A DNA stretch of 64,000 bases from Alphaproteobacteria bacterium (lineage in GTDB: Bacteria; Pseudomonadota; Alphaproteobacteria; Sphingomonadales; Emcibacteraceae): positions 508-64,507 of the forward strand of contig JAJRQU010000019.1 of the NCBI GenBank assembly GCA_024280095.1. The letters run 5' to 3'. The notes under the pieces were generated by a model that saw only the letters and a program-made list of their open reading frames with translations, was not told the DNA's origin and ran no database searches. Numbering within the stretch: the stretch's first letter is position 1; every line of letters starts with the position of its first letter. This document shows positions 52,282 to 60,616 of the stretch, piece after piece. A program made the position numbers and the translations under genes.

Positions 52282-53321
52282 GGCCATTGCCCCGAAGGAG
52301 ACAGCACAATTCCTTTTGTCATATTTGCCCAACCCCAATATAGGGCCTGTGCATTGGGATCGCCTGTCATGGGCAATAGAATAACGTTAATTGGCACGTT
52401 ACCCCCTGGAAATACTTTCTGCAAATGACTTGATATATTAGACAGAAGGCTCTCTCGGCATTTTGGGGTTATTGACCGTTTTTTGGCACAATATGCACTG
52501 CCTTGTGTCGGCAGACCATCTGTAACAACATAGATATTGGTCGGCCTGGGGGTCATGTTCAGGGCCATGCGCATGCCGGCTTCCAGATTTGTGCCGCCTG
52601 TTGGCGCGAGGGTAGAAATATTTTGCACGGTACCCCCCAAATCCCCTTGATTTGCCGCAGAAGACCATGATGACCCCGGGGAAAGCATGCCAGCCTTATC
52701 ATTAAAACCAATGAAGGCAAATTGTGATTGCGTTGGAATGCGCGCCAGTAACCATTTTGCAACGCGAAGTGTTCGTTGCCATTTGGGCGCGTTTTGTCGT
52801 TGGGCCTCTGTATCAAATTTGGCCAGTATCGCGCGCTCCAAAGTGGGGTATGTCATAGATGTGCTGTGGTCAATCACGACGGCGATACGTTGCCCCTCTA
52901 CTTTCATGCCAATGATATAATTGGCTTGCCCGGTTCCCTGAAGGGTGACCTGATCCACTGGCGGTGCAATTTCGATTTCTTCTATGGCCCCTTCAGCGAT
53001 TTTATTCTGCTCTTTTTCAGAGGCATTCTGCCGGCTTAGGGATGCCAGTTTTCCTTTGGCATCGACCAGATGGTCTTCCATGGATTTTCCGGCTTGTTCA
53101 GTATCTGAGTTCTGTTGCCTCAGACCCTCCATTTCCGCGCCCAGGTCTTTGGTTTGTTCAATCATTGACGCCAATTGTGATTGCAGGTCATCGGTCTGTT
53201 CAGAGCCAGTATTAATATTATGCTTGATAATCAGAAAAATCAGAATAACAGCCCCAAGGCCGCAAGATATAATATCCAGAAAAGCCAATGTAGTGCTTTC
53301 AGTTTTTCTTTTTACAGCCAC
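52278..53321 (-). CDS. ExbD-like TM helix + coiled coil + vWA domain protein A
   Basis: TLAFLDIISCGLGAVILIFLII, coiled coil, MIDAS VVIDHSTSM...GGTNL...VTDGLPT. Confidence 0.87.
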   Translation of the reverse strand: MAVKRKTESTTLAFLDIISCGLGAVILIFLIIKHNINTGSEQTDDLQSQLASMIEQTKDLGAEMEGLRQQNSDTEQAGKSMEDHLVDAKGKLASLSRQNASEKEQNKIAEGAIEEIEIAPPVDQVTLQGTGQANYIIGMKVEGQRIAVVIDHSTSMTYPTLERAILAKFDTEAQRQNAPKWQRTLRVAKWLLARIPTQSQFAFIGFNDKAGMLSPGSSWSSAANQGDLGGTVQNISTLAPTGGTNLEAGMRMALNMTPRPTNIYVVTDGLPTQGSAYCAKKRSITPKCRESLLSNISSHLQKVFPGGNVPINVILLPMTGDPNAQALYWGWANMTKGIVLSPSGQWP

Positions 53322-53359
53322 GGCCTATGTCTCCAGAAAATCCGTTGATCCGACTTGTG

Positions 53360-54121
53360 TCAGGATGTTTTGCTAATCCGTTCTAAAAGTGTTTTTTCGC
53401 AATATGCCTGTGTTTTTACCAGCACATCATCCTGCATTTTTTGCAGGGCATGCAGTAAGAACATCAGCAGAATACTGATGAAAAGAGCAACCAGGGTCGA
53501 GTTAAAGGCAATACCAAGTGCGCCGGTCATGCCGACAATATCCCCCGCGAGAGCTTCATCCGCTTTAGATAGCGCCACGCCAATACCGCGGACAGTGCCA
53601 ATAAAGCCAATAGAGGGAATGGCCCAAATCAAATATCGTATCATTGAATTCCCGGCTTCGATGCGAACGGCCAGAGCCTCTACGCTTGTGGTCACCGCGT
53701 CTGAGGCATTCTGCACATTTCCTGTGATAAGATACCGCCGCAAACTTGCTGCCAGTGCTTGCACAAGGGGTGTCGACTTTACTTTGTCGGCCAATTCATC
53801 AAGGTCGTCCAATATTTGGGAAAGGCTGTGATGTTCGGCGTCGGCTTCTTCAAGCAGATCAACCTCGAACAGATAATTTTCAGACCACAGCCGGAATATC
53901 CCTAGCCCCATCAGGTAAATGCCATAAAACATCAGGATAAAACAAACCTCTTGCTCTCCATTCTCCAGGATGACCCAAAGGCTTCTCGATACGGATTGGC
54001 CATTGGACAAAGCTATCATCGTTGCCTGTTCCGCCTGAGGAATAATGATGCCAATATAAACAAGGTGAACAATGATGGCGATACCAACAAATACGGCGAA
54101 AGAGATCAGAGAATTTTTCAT
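53360..54121 (-). CDS. MotA/TolQ/ExbB proton channel family protein
   Basis: WAIPSIGFIGTVRGIG...ALGIAFNSTLVAL C-terminal TM pair with conserved Thr; two N-terminal TM segments. Confidence 0.9.
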   Translation of the reverse strand: MKNSLISFAVFVGIAIIVHLVYIGIIIPQAEQATMIALSNGQSVSRSLWVILENGEQEVCFILMFYGIYLMGLGIFRLWSENYLFEVDLLEEADAEHHSLSQILDDLDELADKVKSTPLVQALAASLRRYLITGNVQNASDAVTTSVEALAVRIEAGNSMIRYLIWAIPSIGFIGTVRGIGVALSKADEALAGDIVGMTGALGIAFNSTLVALFISILLMFLLHALQKMQDDVLVKTQAYCEKTLLERISKTS

Positions 54122-54149
54122 TTTTATTCCTATTAACTGAGTTGGGTGG

Positions 54150-54359
54150 CTATATATCGCTTGGAAAATCTACGGCCTGACTTATCGATATACGTTGTTG
54201 CGCTGCTTGCTGCGCCCAAAGGCTCTCTGTATATATATATCCAAGAATCATTATTCCCAGCGCAATGAATATTAACCGAACCGTTTTTTCCCTTTGCGGC
54301 AAGATGCTGTCATTTAGTTTAATCTTGAGTCTTAATGTTTTCTCTGATTTATTGGTCAT
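54150..54359 (-). CDS. Small hypothetical single-TM protein (69 aa)
   Basis: ATG 54359 preceded by AGAGGA; hydrophobic LIFIALGIMILGYIY; fills the gap within the operon. Confidence 0.5.
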   Translation of the reverse strand: MTNKSEKTLRLKIKLNDSILPQREKTVRLIFIALGIMILGYIYTESLWAQQAAQQRISISQAVDFPSDI

Positions 54360-54369
54360 GCTATTCCTC

Positions 54370-56469
54370 TTACCTGTCTTCGGCGCCGTAAACATACCGC
54401 ACGACACGGAAGCCAATATCATTGCTTGCGCTATGCTCCTGATGTCGCCGCGCTGCCCTTAAATCTGTTAAAGAGGCCGACCTGAATCCAGAACCTTTAA
54501 CAACATTTCCTTCGCCGATGGAGGGGCCAAATGAATTGACAGCGACTTTTCCCTTCATTGGTACCGCCAGAGAATAACGGTCATTGACCCACTCGCGCAC
54601 ATTACCTGACATATCATGCAACCCTGATCGTTCCGCCGGAAAGCTTCCCACGGGCGCGATGAGCGCATATTTGTCATCATATCTGGCAATGTAAGTCGGC
54701 ACCGAACCTTTGGCGTTTTCATCCGCCAGATTTCCGCTGGAACTGGTGATAACCTTCTTGTTTCCCCATGTATATTTCGTCAATTCGGGTCGTCTTGACT
54801 TTCGGGCCAGCCATTCCCATTCTGCTTCTGACGGCAGTCGGTATCCGTCTGCATATATGTTATAGCCAACCACCTGATTATGGTTTATTTGATAAAAAGC
54901 GGTTAAATTTTCTTTCTGACTGAGCCAGTTACTGAATTGTGCGGCTTGCGTCCAGGTAACGCCCGTAACCGGCATATTATTTCCCTGACCGCCCCCGAAA
55001 TTGGGTTGAAATTTGAGGAATTGCCCAACGGTAATCTCATATTTTCCGGCATAAAAATATTTGGTTAACTGGACTTGGCGCAATATCTCGTTGGCAAGTT
55101 GACCGATTTCACTGCGCGGGGCCCCAATGAAGAAAGATTTTTGATCCGGTTTAAAACGCACGAGTTCAACACCTGCGCTATCTGTCATGAACGGCGGAAG
55201 TTCGCGAAGGCGGGCGTCCAGCTCCGTAAGCAGCGTAAGATTTACGGTCGTTGGCCGGTTGGCGACAGCTGCGATTGTGGTGGTTGATGTTCTATAGCCG
55301 GGCCGGGTGAACGCAACGCGGGTGGGCAGGGCTTGAAGCTCAAGCGTCAACGGCGTTTTTCCTCTGTTCTTTCCATATATCAGCACATCGGCTCCGCGGG
55401 GTTTCGAGGAAAAATTCACCTGCCCCATAGCAGGCTTAAGGCGAAAAGCGAGTTCTTGTGTCTGTCCCGGCGACACACGCACGGTTCTTTTTTCGGAACC
55501 ATAACCCTTCTGAGATACTTCTATATGATAATTCTGGTTGGCATTGATGGTTGTAACAGACCCGTTGTTAACAGAACGTCCATCAAGCGTAATCTGCGCA
55601 AAATCAGGTTTGGCCGTGATCATCACGCCGGACTGCATCGGACGCAGGCGATAATTGCGCTGTATCAGTTTTCGCGTATTTATCACGTCCACCTGATCAG
55701 ATATTGGCATATAGCCGGGGGCCTGAATTTGTATAACATGTTTTCCGCCGGCCAATAAACCAGCATAGGGCAGCATTATAGGGGGCCCGCCGTCTATGGT
55801 AACAGACGCATTAACCGGCACAGACCGTAAATTGATCTGTCCCTGAATTCGGCTCAAGGGAACGGTAAAGGTCATTTCCTGAGCCCGTTCTAAAGTCAGG
55901 AGCTGCATCACAGGTTCAAAATGGGGGTGGTCGATAACAAGCTGGTATTCGCCGGGTTCCAGCTCTGTCTGAAAATCAGCTCTGGTAGAGACCAGCTTGT
56001 TATTAAGTATCCATTTTATCCCGTCCTGCACGGGATCAGTTGCGATCGAAATAGATGCCGGTTTGGGTCTGAGCATGACCTCAAGAAAGCTTATTGCTGT
56101 CGCCGGCGTAATATCAATGACTTGACTGGTAAAATCTTTGGCATGAACAGAAATTCTATAGTTTGAACCCAGAACATATATTTGCCCCCCATCAGAAACC
56201 CACCCCGCGCCAGATTCCAGCGTTACATACCCGGAGAAAGCTGCTTCGTCCGGGCTGATCTTCACGGTCATTCCTTGCGAATATATATAGAAGAACGCGC
56301 TGATCAAAAGCAAAGCAACGGCGGCGCCAAAGCCCCCAATCAATCCCTTAGTCCGGTTTCCTTTGGCACTGCCGATGGCTGAATGCATCTTTTTACCTGA
56401 AATCTGGGCGTCATTTGCCTTTGGGTTCTTTTTTTTAAGGTCTTTCAGTGATTTTGGTTTTTGGGTCAT
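54370..56469 (-). CDS. Membrane-anchored PEGA-repeat protein with C-terminal FGE-sulfatase (SUMF1/EgtB/PvdO-like) domain
   Basis: N-terminal TM; four or five PEGA-like repeats (e.g. SKPRGADVLIYGKNRGKTPL...PGY); YRLPSEAEWE, GLHDMSGNVREW, IGFRVVR. Confidence 0.9.
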   Translation of the reverse strand: MTQKPKSLKDLKKKNPKANDAQISGKKMHSAIGSAKGNRTKGLIGGFGAAVALLLISAFFYIYSQGMTVKISPDEAAFSGYVTLESGAGWVSDGGQIYVLGSNYRISVHAKDFTSQVIDITPATAISFLEVMLRPKPASISIATDPVQDGIKWILNNKLVSTRADFQTELEPGEYQLVIDHPHFEPVMQLLTLERAQEMTFTVPLSRIQGQINLRSVPVNASVTIDGGPPIMLPYAGLLAGGKHVIQIQAPGYMPISDQVDVINTRKLIQRNYRLRPMQSGVMITAKPDFAQITLDGRSVNNGSVTTINANQNYHIEVSQKGYGSEKRTVRVSPGQTQELAFRLKPAMGQVNFSSKPRGADVLIYGKNRGKTPLTLELQALPTRVAFTRPGYRTSTTTIAAVANRPTTVNLTLLTELDARLRELPPFMTDSAGVELVRFKPDQKSFFIGAPRSEIGQLANEILRQVQLTKYFYAGKYEITVGQFLKFQPNFGGGQGNNMPVTGVTWTQAAQFSNWLSQKENLTAFYQINHNQVVGYNIYADGYRLPSEAEWEWLARKSRRPELTKYTWGNKKVITSSSGNLADENAKGSVPTYIARYDDKYALIAPVGSFPAERSGLHDMSGNVREWVNDRYSLAVPMKGKVAVNSFGPSIGEGNVVKGSGFRSASLTDLRAARRHQEHSASNDIGFRVVRYVYGAEDR

Positions 56470-56513
56470 AATTACAAATATTCAAAAGGGTTAAATGGGG
56501 TGATGAGAGGGGT

Positions 56514-58073
56514 TTAGATACGGACATCACAGGATATGGTTACTGAGGTTCCGCTTTGACCGGGCGGAACGAAATGTTCAACAATTTTTGATTTAAATCC
56601 ATTACGGCTGCATTCGAAATCATATTTTCCCGGTTTAAGTTGAATATCCTTTTGTGTGACCGGCCCTATTCGGCCGACCCGGCGTACAATTACCATGGAT
56701 TTTCCATCAGAAAATACGACAACTTTAATTTTTTTCTGCCAAAGCTCAAGCCTCTGTTCCAAAGTCACAATTGTGTCGGCAAGCGTTTGGCTGTCTTGGG
56801 AAAGGGGCTTGATCAGCTCCACAAATTCAAGGGTTCTTTGATGAACCGTCACATCCTGCAGGCGATGTTGATTATTGAGAATTTTGATGGCGCGATTATT
56901 GGCGGCAATTATCTTGTTCGCTTTCTCACGGCCATTAATGGCGGCCCTGTTTGAATTGTCTTCCCTTAGTATATCTTCATATAATGCCAAAACTTTTGGC
57001 CAGTTATCCTGACTTTTCAGAGCCTGAATTTCTTCGAGCATGGTATTTATGCGTTTGGTTCGTTCAATCGCATCAATTTGATCAAACAAGGCAGAGATGG
57101 CCTGCCGAGCAGGGTAAAGCGCCTTTGCCTTGTTGACTTCCTGCCGTGCGGTGCGCGTGTTTTCAGCGGCTATATACTGGGTGGCCTGACGAAGATGCCT
57201 ATTGTATTTGGCCTGCTTTAACTGTTCCGTCAAGGCCGCCAACTGAGAGGAAATATCCTGTCTCATGGGATCGAGGGTGACAATCCCTTGAAGATATTTC
57301 TGCAAGTCTGACTGTTGATTCTGAATTTCGGCTTCTGCTGCTAACTGATATAGCCGCAGAACCTCAGGCAATACGCCGATCCTGACAGATAAATCATAGG
57401 CCGCTTTGTCCTGCCCATTAAGGCGCAGGGCGCGGGCAATCCATTCCTGTGCAGATTTTGCATCGTTGGCCACAAATGCACCCTTGGCGGTTTCAAAAGA
57501 ATTCTGAAAGTTTTCGGCAATCACATTTGTCAATATCTCTGCGCGTTGCAGGGCTTGATCAACCGCAGAAACAGCCGCCGCAAAATCAGATCGGTCAAAG
57601 GCCTTGATGGCCTTTTCCTCTAACTTGGTGATTTCAGCAAGACCGATTTGTACAAATCCTTCAGTTGCCGCTGCCTCAATTGAGGGCAGACTTTGCCTCG
57701 TTAACGCGCGGTATCTTTCTTGAAACTGTATTTTTAAATGACAGGGATGGCCCGGGATTGCCGAAAATTCTTCCCTATTGTCGCATTGGAGGGGGGCAAG
57801 TGCCGCAGCCGTATCTCTTGAAGAATTATCGTTCAGGACTACTTTTCCATCGGAAAAGAAGAGCAGCTGTAATACAATCGCCGCCCCCGCAAGCACCAAC
57901 AGGCCAGCGGCCACAAGTCCGCCGATGACAACAAGCCTATCGCGCTGCTTTTGACCTTGTTCAAGTTTTTTGAACGCGTTTTTTCCCTTTAAGCCCCCGC
58001 CCCCTTCGTCTGATGGTGAAGAGGAGCCATCTGGCGGAGCCGTATCATTAGCCATCATATCCTGTTTTTCCAT
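56514..58073 (-). CDS. Hypothetical membrane-anchored helical (TPR/coiled-coil-like) protein with a C-terminal PEGA-like domain
   Basis: TM VVIGGLVAAGLLVLAGAAIVL; Ala/Gln/Glu-rich helices; IQLKPGKYDFECSRNGF. Start may be 58058 or 58055. Confidence 0.8.
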   Translation of the reverse strand: MEKQDMMANDTAPPDGSSSPSDEGGGGLKGKNAFKKLEQGQKQRDRLVVIGGLVAAGLLVLAGAAIVLQLLFFSDGKVVLNDNSSRDTAAALAPLQCDNREEFSAIPGHPCHLKIQFQERYRALTRQSLPSIEAAATEGFVQIGLAEITKLEEKAIKAFDRSDFAAAVSAVDQALQRAEILTNVIAENFQNSFETAKGAFVANDAKSAQEWIARALRLNGQDKAAYDLSVRIGVLPEVLRLYQLAAEAEIQNQQSDLQKYLQGIVTLDPMRQDISSQLAALTEQLKQAKYNRHLRQATQYIAAENTRTARQEVNKAKALYPARQAISALFDQIDAIERTKRINTMLEEIQALKSQDNWPKVLALYEDILREDNSNRAAINGREKANKIIAANNRAIKILNNQHRLQDVTVHQRTLEFVELIKPLSQDSQTLADTIVTLEQRLELWQKKIKVVVFSDGKSMVIVRRVGRIGPVTQKDIQLKPGKYDFECSRNGFKSKIVEHFVPPGQSGTSVTISCDVRI

Positions 58074-59286
58074 AAGATAAGTTGGAGATTATGACGTCTG
58101 GCGTGGCTTCTTTTTCATAAATTTCCATGAGATGTTGCCTGTAGCCATGGAATTGTTCGACGGCATCCCCCACCAATTGTGTCTGAACGCCTTCAAATTC
58201 GACCACCTGAGTACCCATATCCAGATTCAGGGTTTCGCCCATTTCATCCAGAACCTTGCTGCTTTCATTCTTCGCCCGGTAATCACCAATCGAAGAAAAT
58301 ATCAACCCCCCGCCGATGATAAGTCCAGCCGTGGTGGCGGTTTTATCCCCGGTCGCAACGCCCGCAGCGGCAATGGCAATACCCCCCAGCGTTTTGAATA
58401 GGGCGGCCTTCTTGGCTTTTCTGTGCTCTTTTGCAATGGGCAGCGCATTTTTTTGCCATGAAAAATAATGGGGGTTCATATTGCTCGCAAAAGTCTCGTA
58501 ATGGGGTTGAAGGGCATCGACAAATAATTGCTCCTGGATACGCATTATTCGAATTTTGTCATAGAGCGGGTCATTGTCACTCGGCAGAGAAACAAGGCGA
58601 TATGACCCTTTTTTCACTTTGGTATATTTGCCAAAATATTCTGGACCAAACATTTTTGCAAAGCGCATTTGCGTAATGGTGGGCAGCTTATTCAGGTCTT
58701 TTGCTTTTTTCCTGGATAATTTCTTGACGATTTCCACGGCTATTTTATCGAAAATAGGCGTATAGGCATCGGTTCCCTTTGTTCTTGGGCTTTTGTGAAA
58801 ACTCCCCTGTACGCGATATTTAAATTTTTTCTTTTTGAACAGTCTTTTTTTCCGGCCTCTGATATCATTAACGACGATTTCAAGCTGAATATCTTCCCCA
58901 TTTGCTTTTAGGATTTTCCCGTGGACATATAGTTCGCCGAAACCTGAATCGTCCGGCGTCACCCGAACAGCCCCAAATGCTTCGGATCTTTCAAGGGCCT
59001 GTTTCATCATTAAGGCGAATCTGTTGGCTTCTGCCCGGCGTACTTCCGGCCAGACGCCATCTTTATCCTTGGTTGGAATATTAGGGTCAAAAACCGGGAT
59101 TATCACATCAAGTTTGGGCAGATGAGCGGTGTTCGCATAGCTTATGGTTGTTCTGCTTGTTACCTTTTTTCGTTTTTTATCTAAATCAAAGCTTTGTGCA
59201 TTGGCCAGCTGACCGGTTATAATCCAAGAAAGTGCAACCATAGCCATTATGGCATACTTAAATAGATTGGTTGTAATCTTAAACAT
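58048..59286 (-). CDS. Exported hypothetical protein with a glycine-rich hydrophobic hairpin
   Basis: Signal peptide ending ANA; LGGIAIAAAGVATG...AGLIIGGGLIFSSIG. Confidence 0.82.
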   Translation of the reverse strand: MFKITTNLFKYAIMAMVALSWIITGQLANAQSFDLDKKRKKVTSRTTISYANTAHLPKLDVIIPVFDPNIPTKDKDGVWPEVRRAEANRFALMMKQALERSEAFGAVRVTPDDSGFGELYVHGKILKANGEDIQLEIVVNDIRGRKKRLFKKKKFKYRVQGSFHKSPRTKGTDAYTPIFDKIAVEIVKKLSRKKAKDLNKLPTITQMRFAKMFGPEYFGKYTKVKKGSYRLVSLPSDNDPLYDKIRIMRIQEQLFVDALQPHYETFASNMNPHYFSWQKNALPIAKEHRKAKKAALFKTLGGIAIAAAGVATGDKTATTAGLIIGGGLIFSSIGDYRAKNESSKVLDEMGETLNLDMGTQVVEFEGVQTQLVGDAVEQFHGYRQHLMEIYEKEATPDVIISNLSYGKTGYDG

Positions 59287-59360
59287 TTCCCTCTCCCATG
59301 TGTTCGCGTTTGCGGCGTGTTAAATTTATTCAGACTTTAATGTCATTCTGGTGATTTTAT

Positions 59361-60497
59361 CTATTTCTCTAATCTATCAATTTCGGCCTGAATTTGTTTT
59401 TTCTTCTTAGGGTCCGTTTCGCCTGCCAATCGTTTTTTCAAGGCTTTAATAAGGCCGTCATCTGCTTTGATTGCTTGAGACTTGGCCGCCGTATTTCCCG
59501 TATTGCTATAGGGCACCGTACTATTAGAGCCTGTATTGCCCGGCGTGCCATAGAGACCCTTGCTTCGATTGTTATATCTGTTGGCGATTTCTTCCAAACT
59601 TTCCCGAGGGGGCGGCGAACTTTTTTCACCATATGCTTTTAAAAATGCGGATGGGGGCTGCCCTACAGCTTTTGCCGGTGATTTTGGTGAAGAAGGCGCG
59701 CCAGCAATATTTGCCGCGGCCTGAGAGTTAATTTTAGTAACTTTCGGGCCGGGCGTAGATTGAGATGCCTGAGGTGTCTGAGAAGGCGCAGAAGAAGAAG
59801 GGGGCATTGGCGCCAGCGATATAGTACCAGAATTAGAGCCAGAATTAGACGATGGCTGGGTCGCCCACGGAGAACTATATTGGCCCGCGCTCCCCGCAGT
59901 TCCTTGCGCGGGTTCACCTTTAGCAGGATTTTTTTGGTTTGAAGCACCCTGTTGGCCCGCAGTTGGCTCAGGCGGCTGCTGACTTCCTTTTGTGCCACCA
60001 GATTTCTTGCCATTAAATTTCTGGCCACTAGATTTCTTGTCCGCCGTTTCCCCCGAAGCTTCCCCTGATTTCTGCTGGCCAGTAGAGGTGCCGGGACCTG
60101 TGGCTTGCCCAGAGTTTGTAGATGAGTTTGTAGATGAGTTTGTAGATGAGTTTGTAGATGAGTTTGTAGATGAGTTTGTTTTGGACGGTGGTGGGCAGGA
60201 CGATTTATGTAAAGATAATTTGCGCTTTAAATCAAGGTGAAGGGCTTGCCTCTTTTCGTCCTCGGTCATGATATCATCAAGACCTGCAAAGGGATCATTG
60301 GACGGTTCAGGAGCCGGGCATTTATCGTTAGCGTATGCGGCATTTCCCGTCATGAGAATAACGAAAAAAGACAAGCAGAAAAGGGCCCGGAAAACCTTCG
60401 TTTTGAGCAGATTTACTCGCCTTTTGCGAGGGAACAGGCCCCATAATATTCCAATATGCATAGTTTTAGAGTAGCGCGCTCTCGTCCAAGCTGTCAA
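59361..60497 (-). CDS. Low-complexity S/T/P/Q/K-rich exported or anchored protein (start uncertain)
   Basis: Hydrophobic ALFCLSFFVILMTGNAAYA, long disordered region, short charged C-terminal helix. Confidence 0.72.
   Translation of the reverse strand: MTAWTRARYSKTMHIGILWGLFPRKRRVNLLKTKVFRALFCLSFFVILMTGNAAYANDKCPAPEPSNDPFAGLDDIMTEDEKRQALHLDLKRKLSLHKSSCPPPSKTNSSTNSSTNSSTNSSTNSSTNSGQATGPGTSTGQQKSGEASGETADKKSSGQKFNGKKSGGTKGSQQPPEPTAGQQGASNQKNPAKGEPAQGTAGSAGQYSSPWATQPSSNSGSNSGTISLAPMPPSSSAPSQTPQASQSTPGPKVTKINSQAAANIAGAPSSPKSPAKAVGQPPSAFLKAYGEKSSPPPRESLEEIANRYNNRSKGLYGTPGNTGSNSTVPYSNTGNTAAKSQAIKADDGLIKALKKRLAGETDPKKKKQIQAEIDRLEK
60112..60179. repeat. 12-bp VNTR (GAGTTTGTAGAT x5 + 8 bp) encoding (TNSS)n on the minus strand
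   Basis: Directly visible perfect tandem repeat. Confidence 0.95.
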
Positions 60498-60616
60498 TAT
60501 GTTTGTTTTTGCAATGTAGCTGGGCGCAAATACATTGAGATATTGAAAAATAGAATATAGAATAGGCGGGAAATACAGACCCTAGTATTTTAATGATTTA
60601 CATATAAGGATATTCT

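Noticed and set aside
51316-54121. Zorya defence system or flagellar MotAB / Tol-Pal
   Set aside because: The partner subunits carry vWA rather than OmpA/peptidoglycan-binding or ExbD domains. There is no long ZorA tail, no ZorC/D/E, no tolA/tolB/pal and no flagellar gene.
54150-54800. FGE/C-type-lectin C-terminus as a diversity-generating retroelement target
   Set aside because: I found no reverse transcriptase and no second, adenine-variant copy of the 3' region in the window.
60112-60179. Perfect repeat array as a possible CRISPR
   Set aside because: The 12-bp units are contiguous with no spacers, lie in frame within a CDS, and no cas genes are present.
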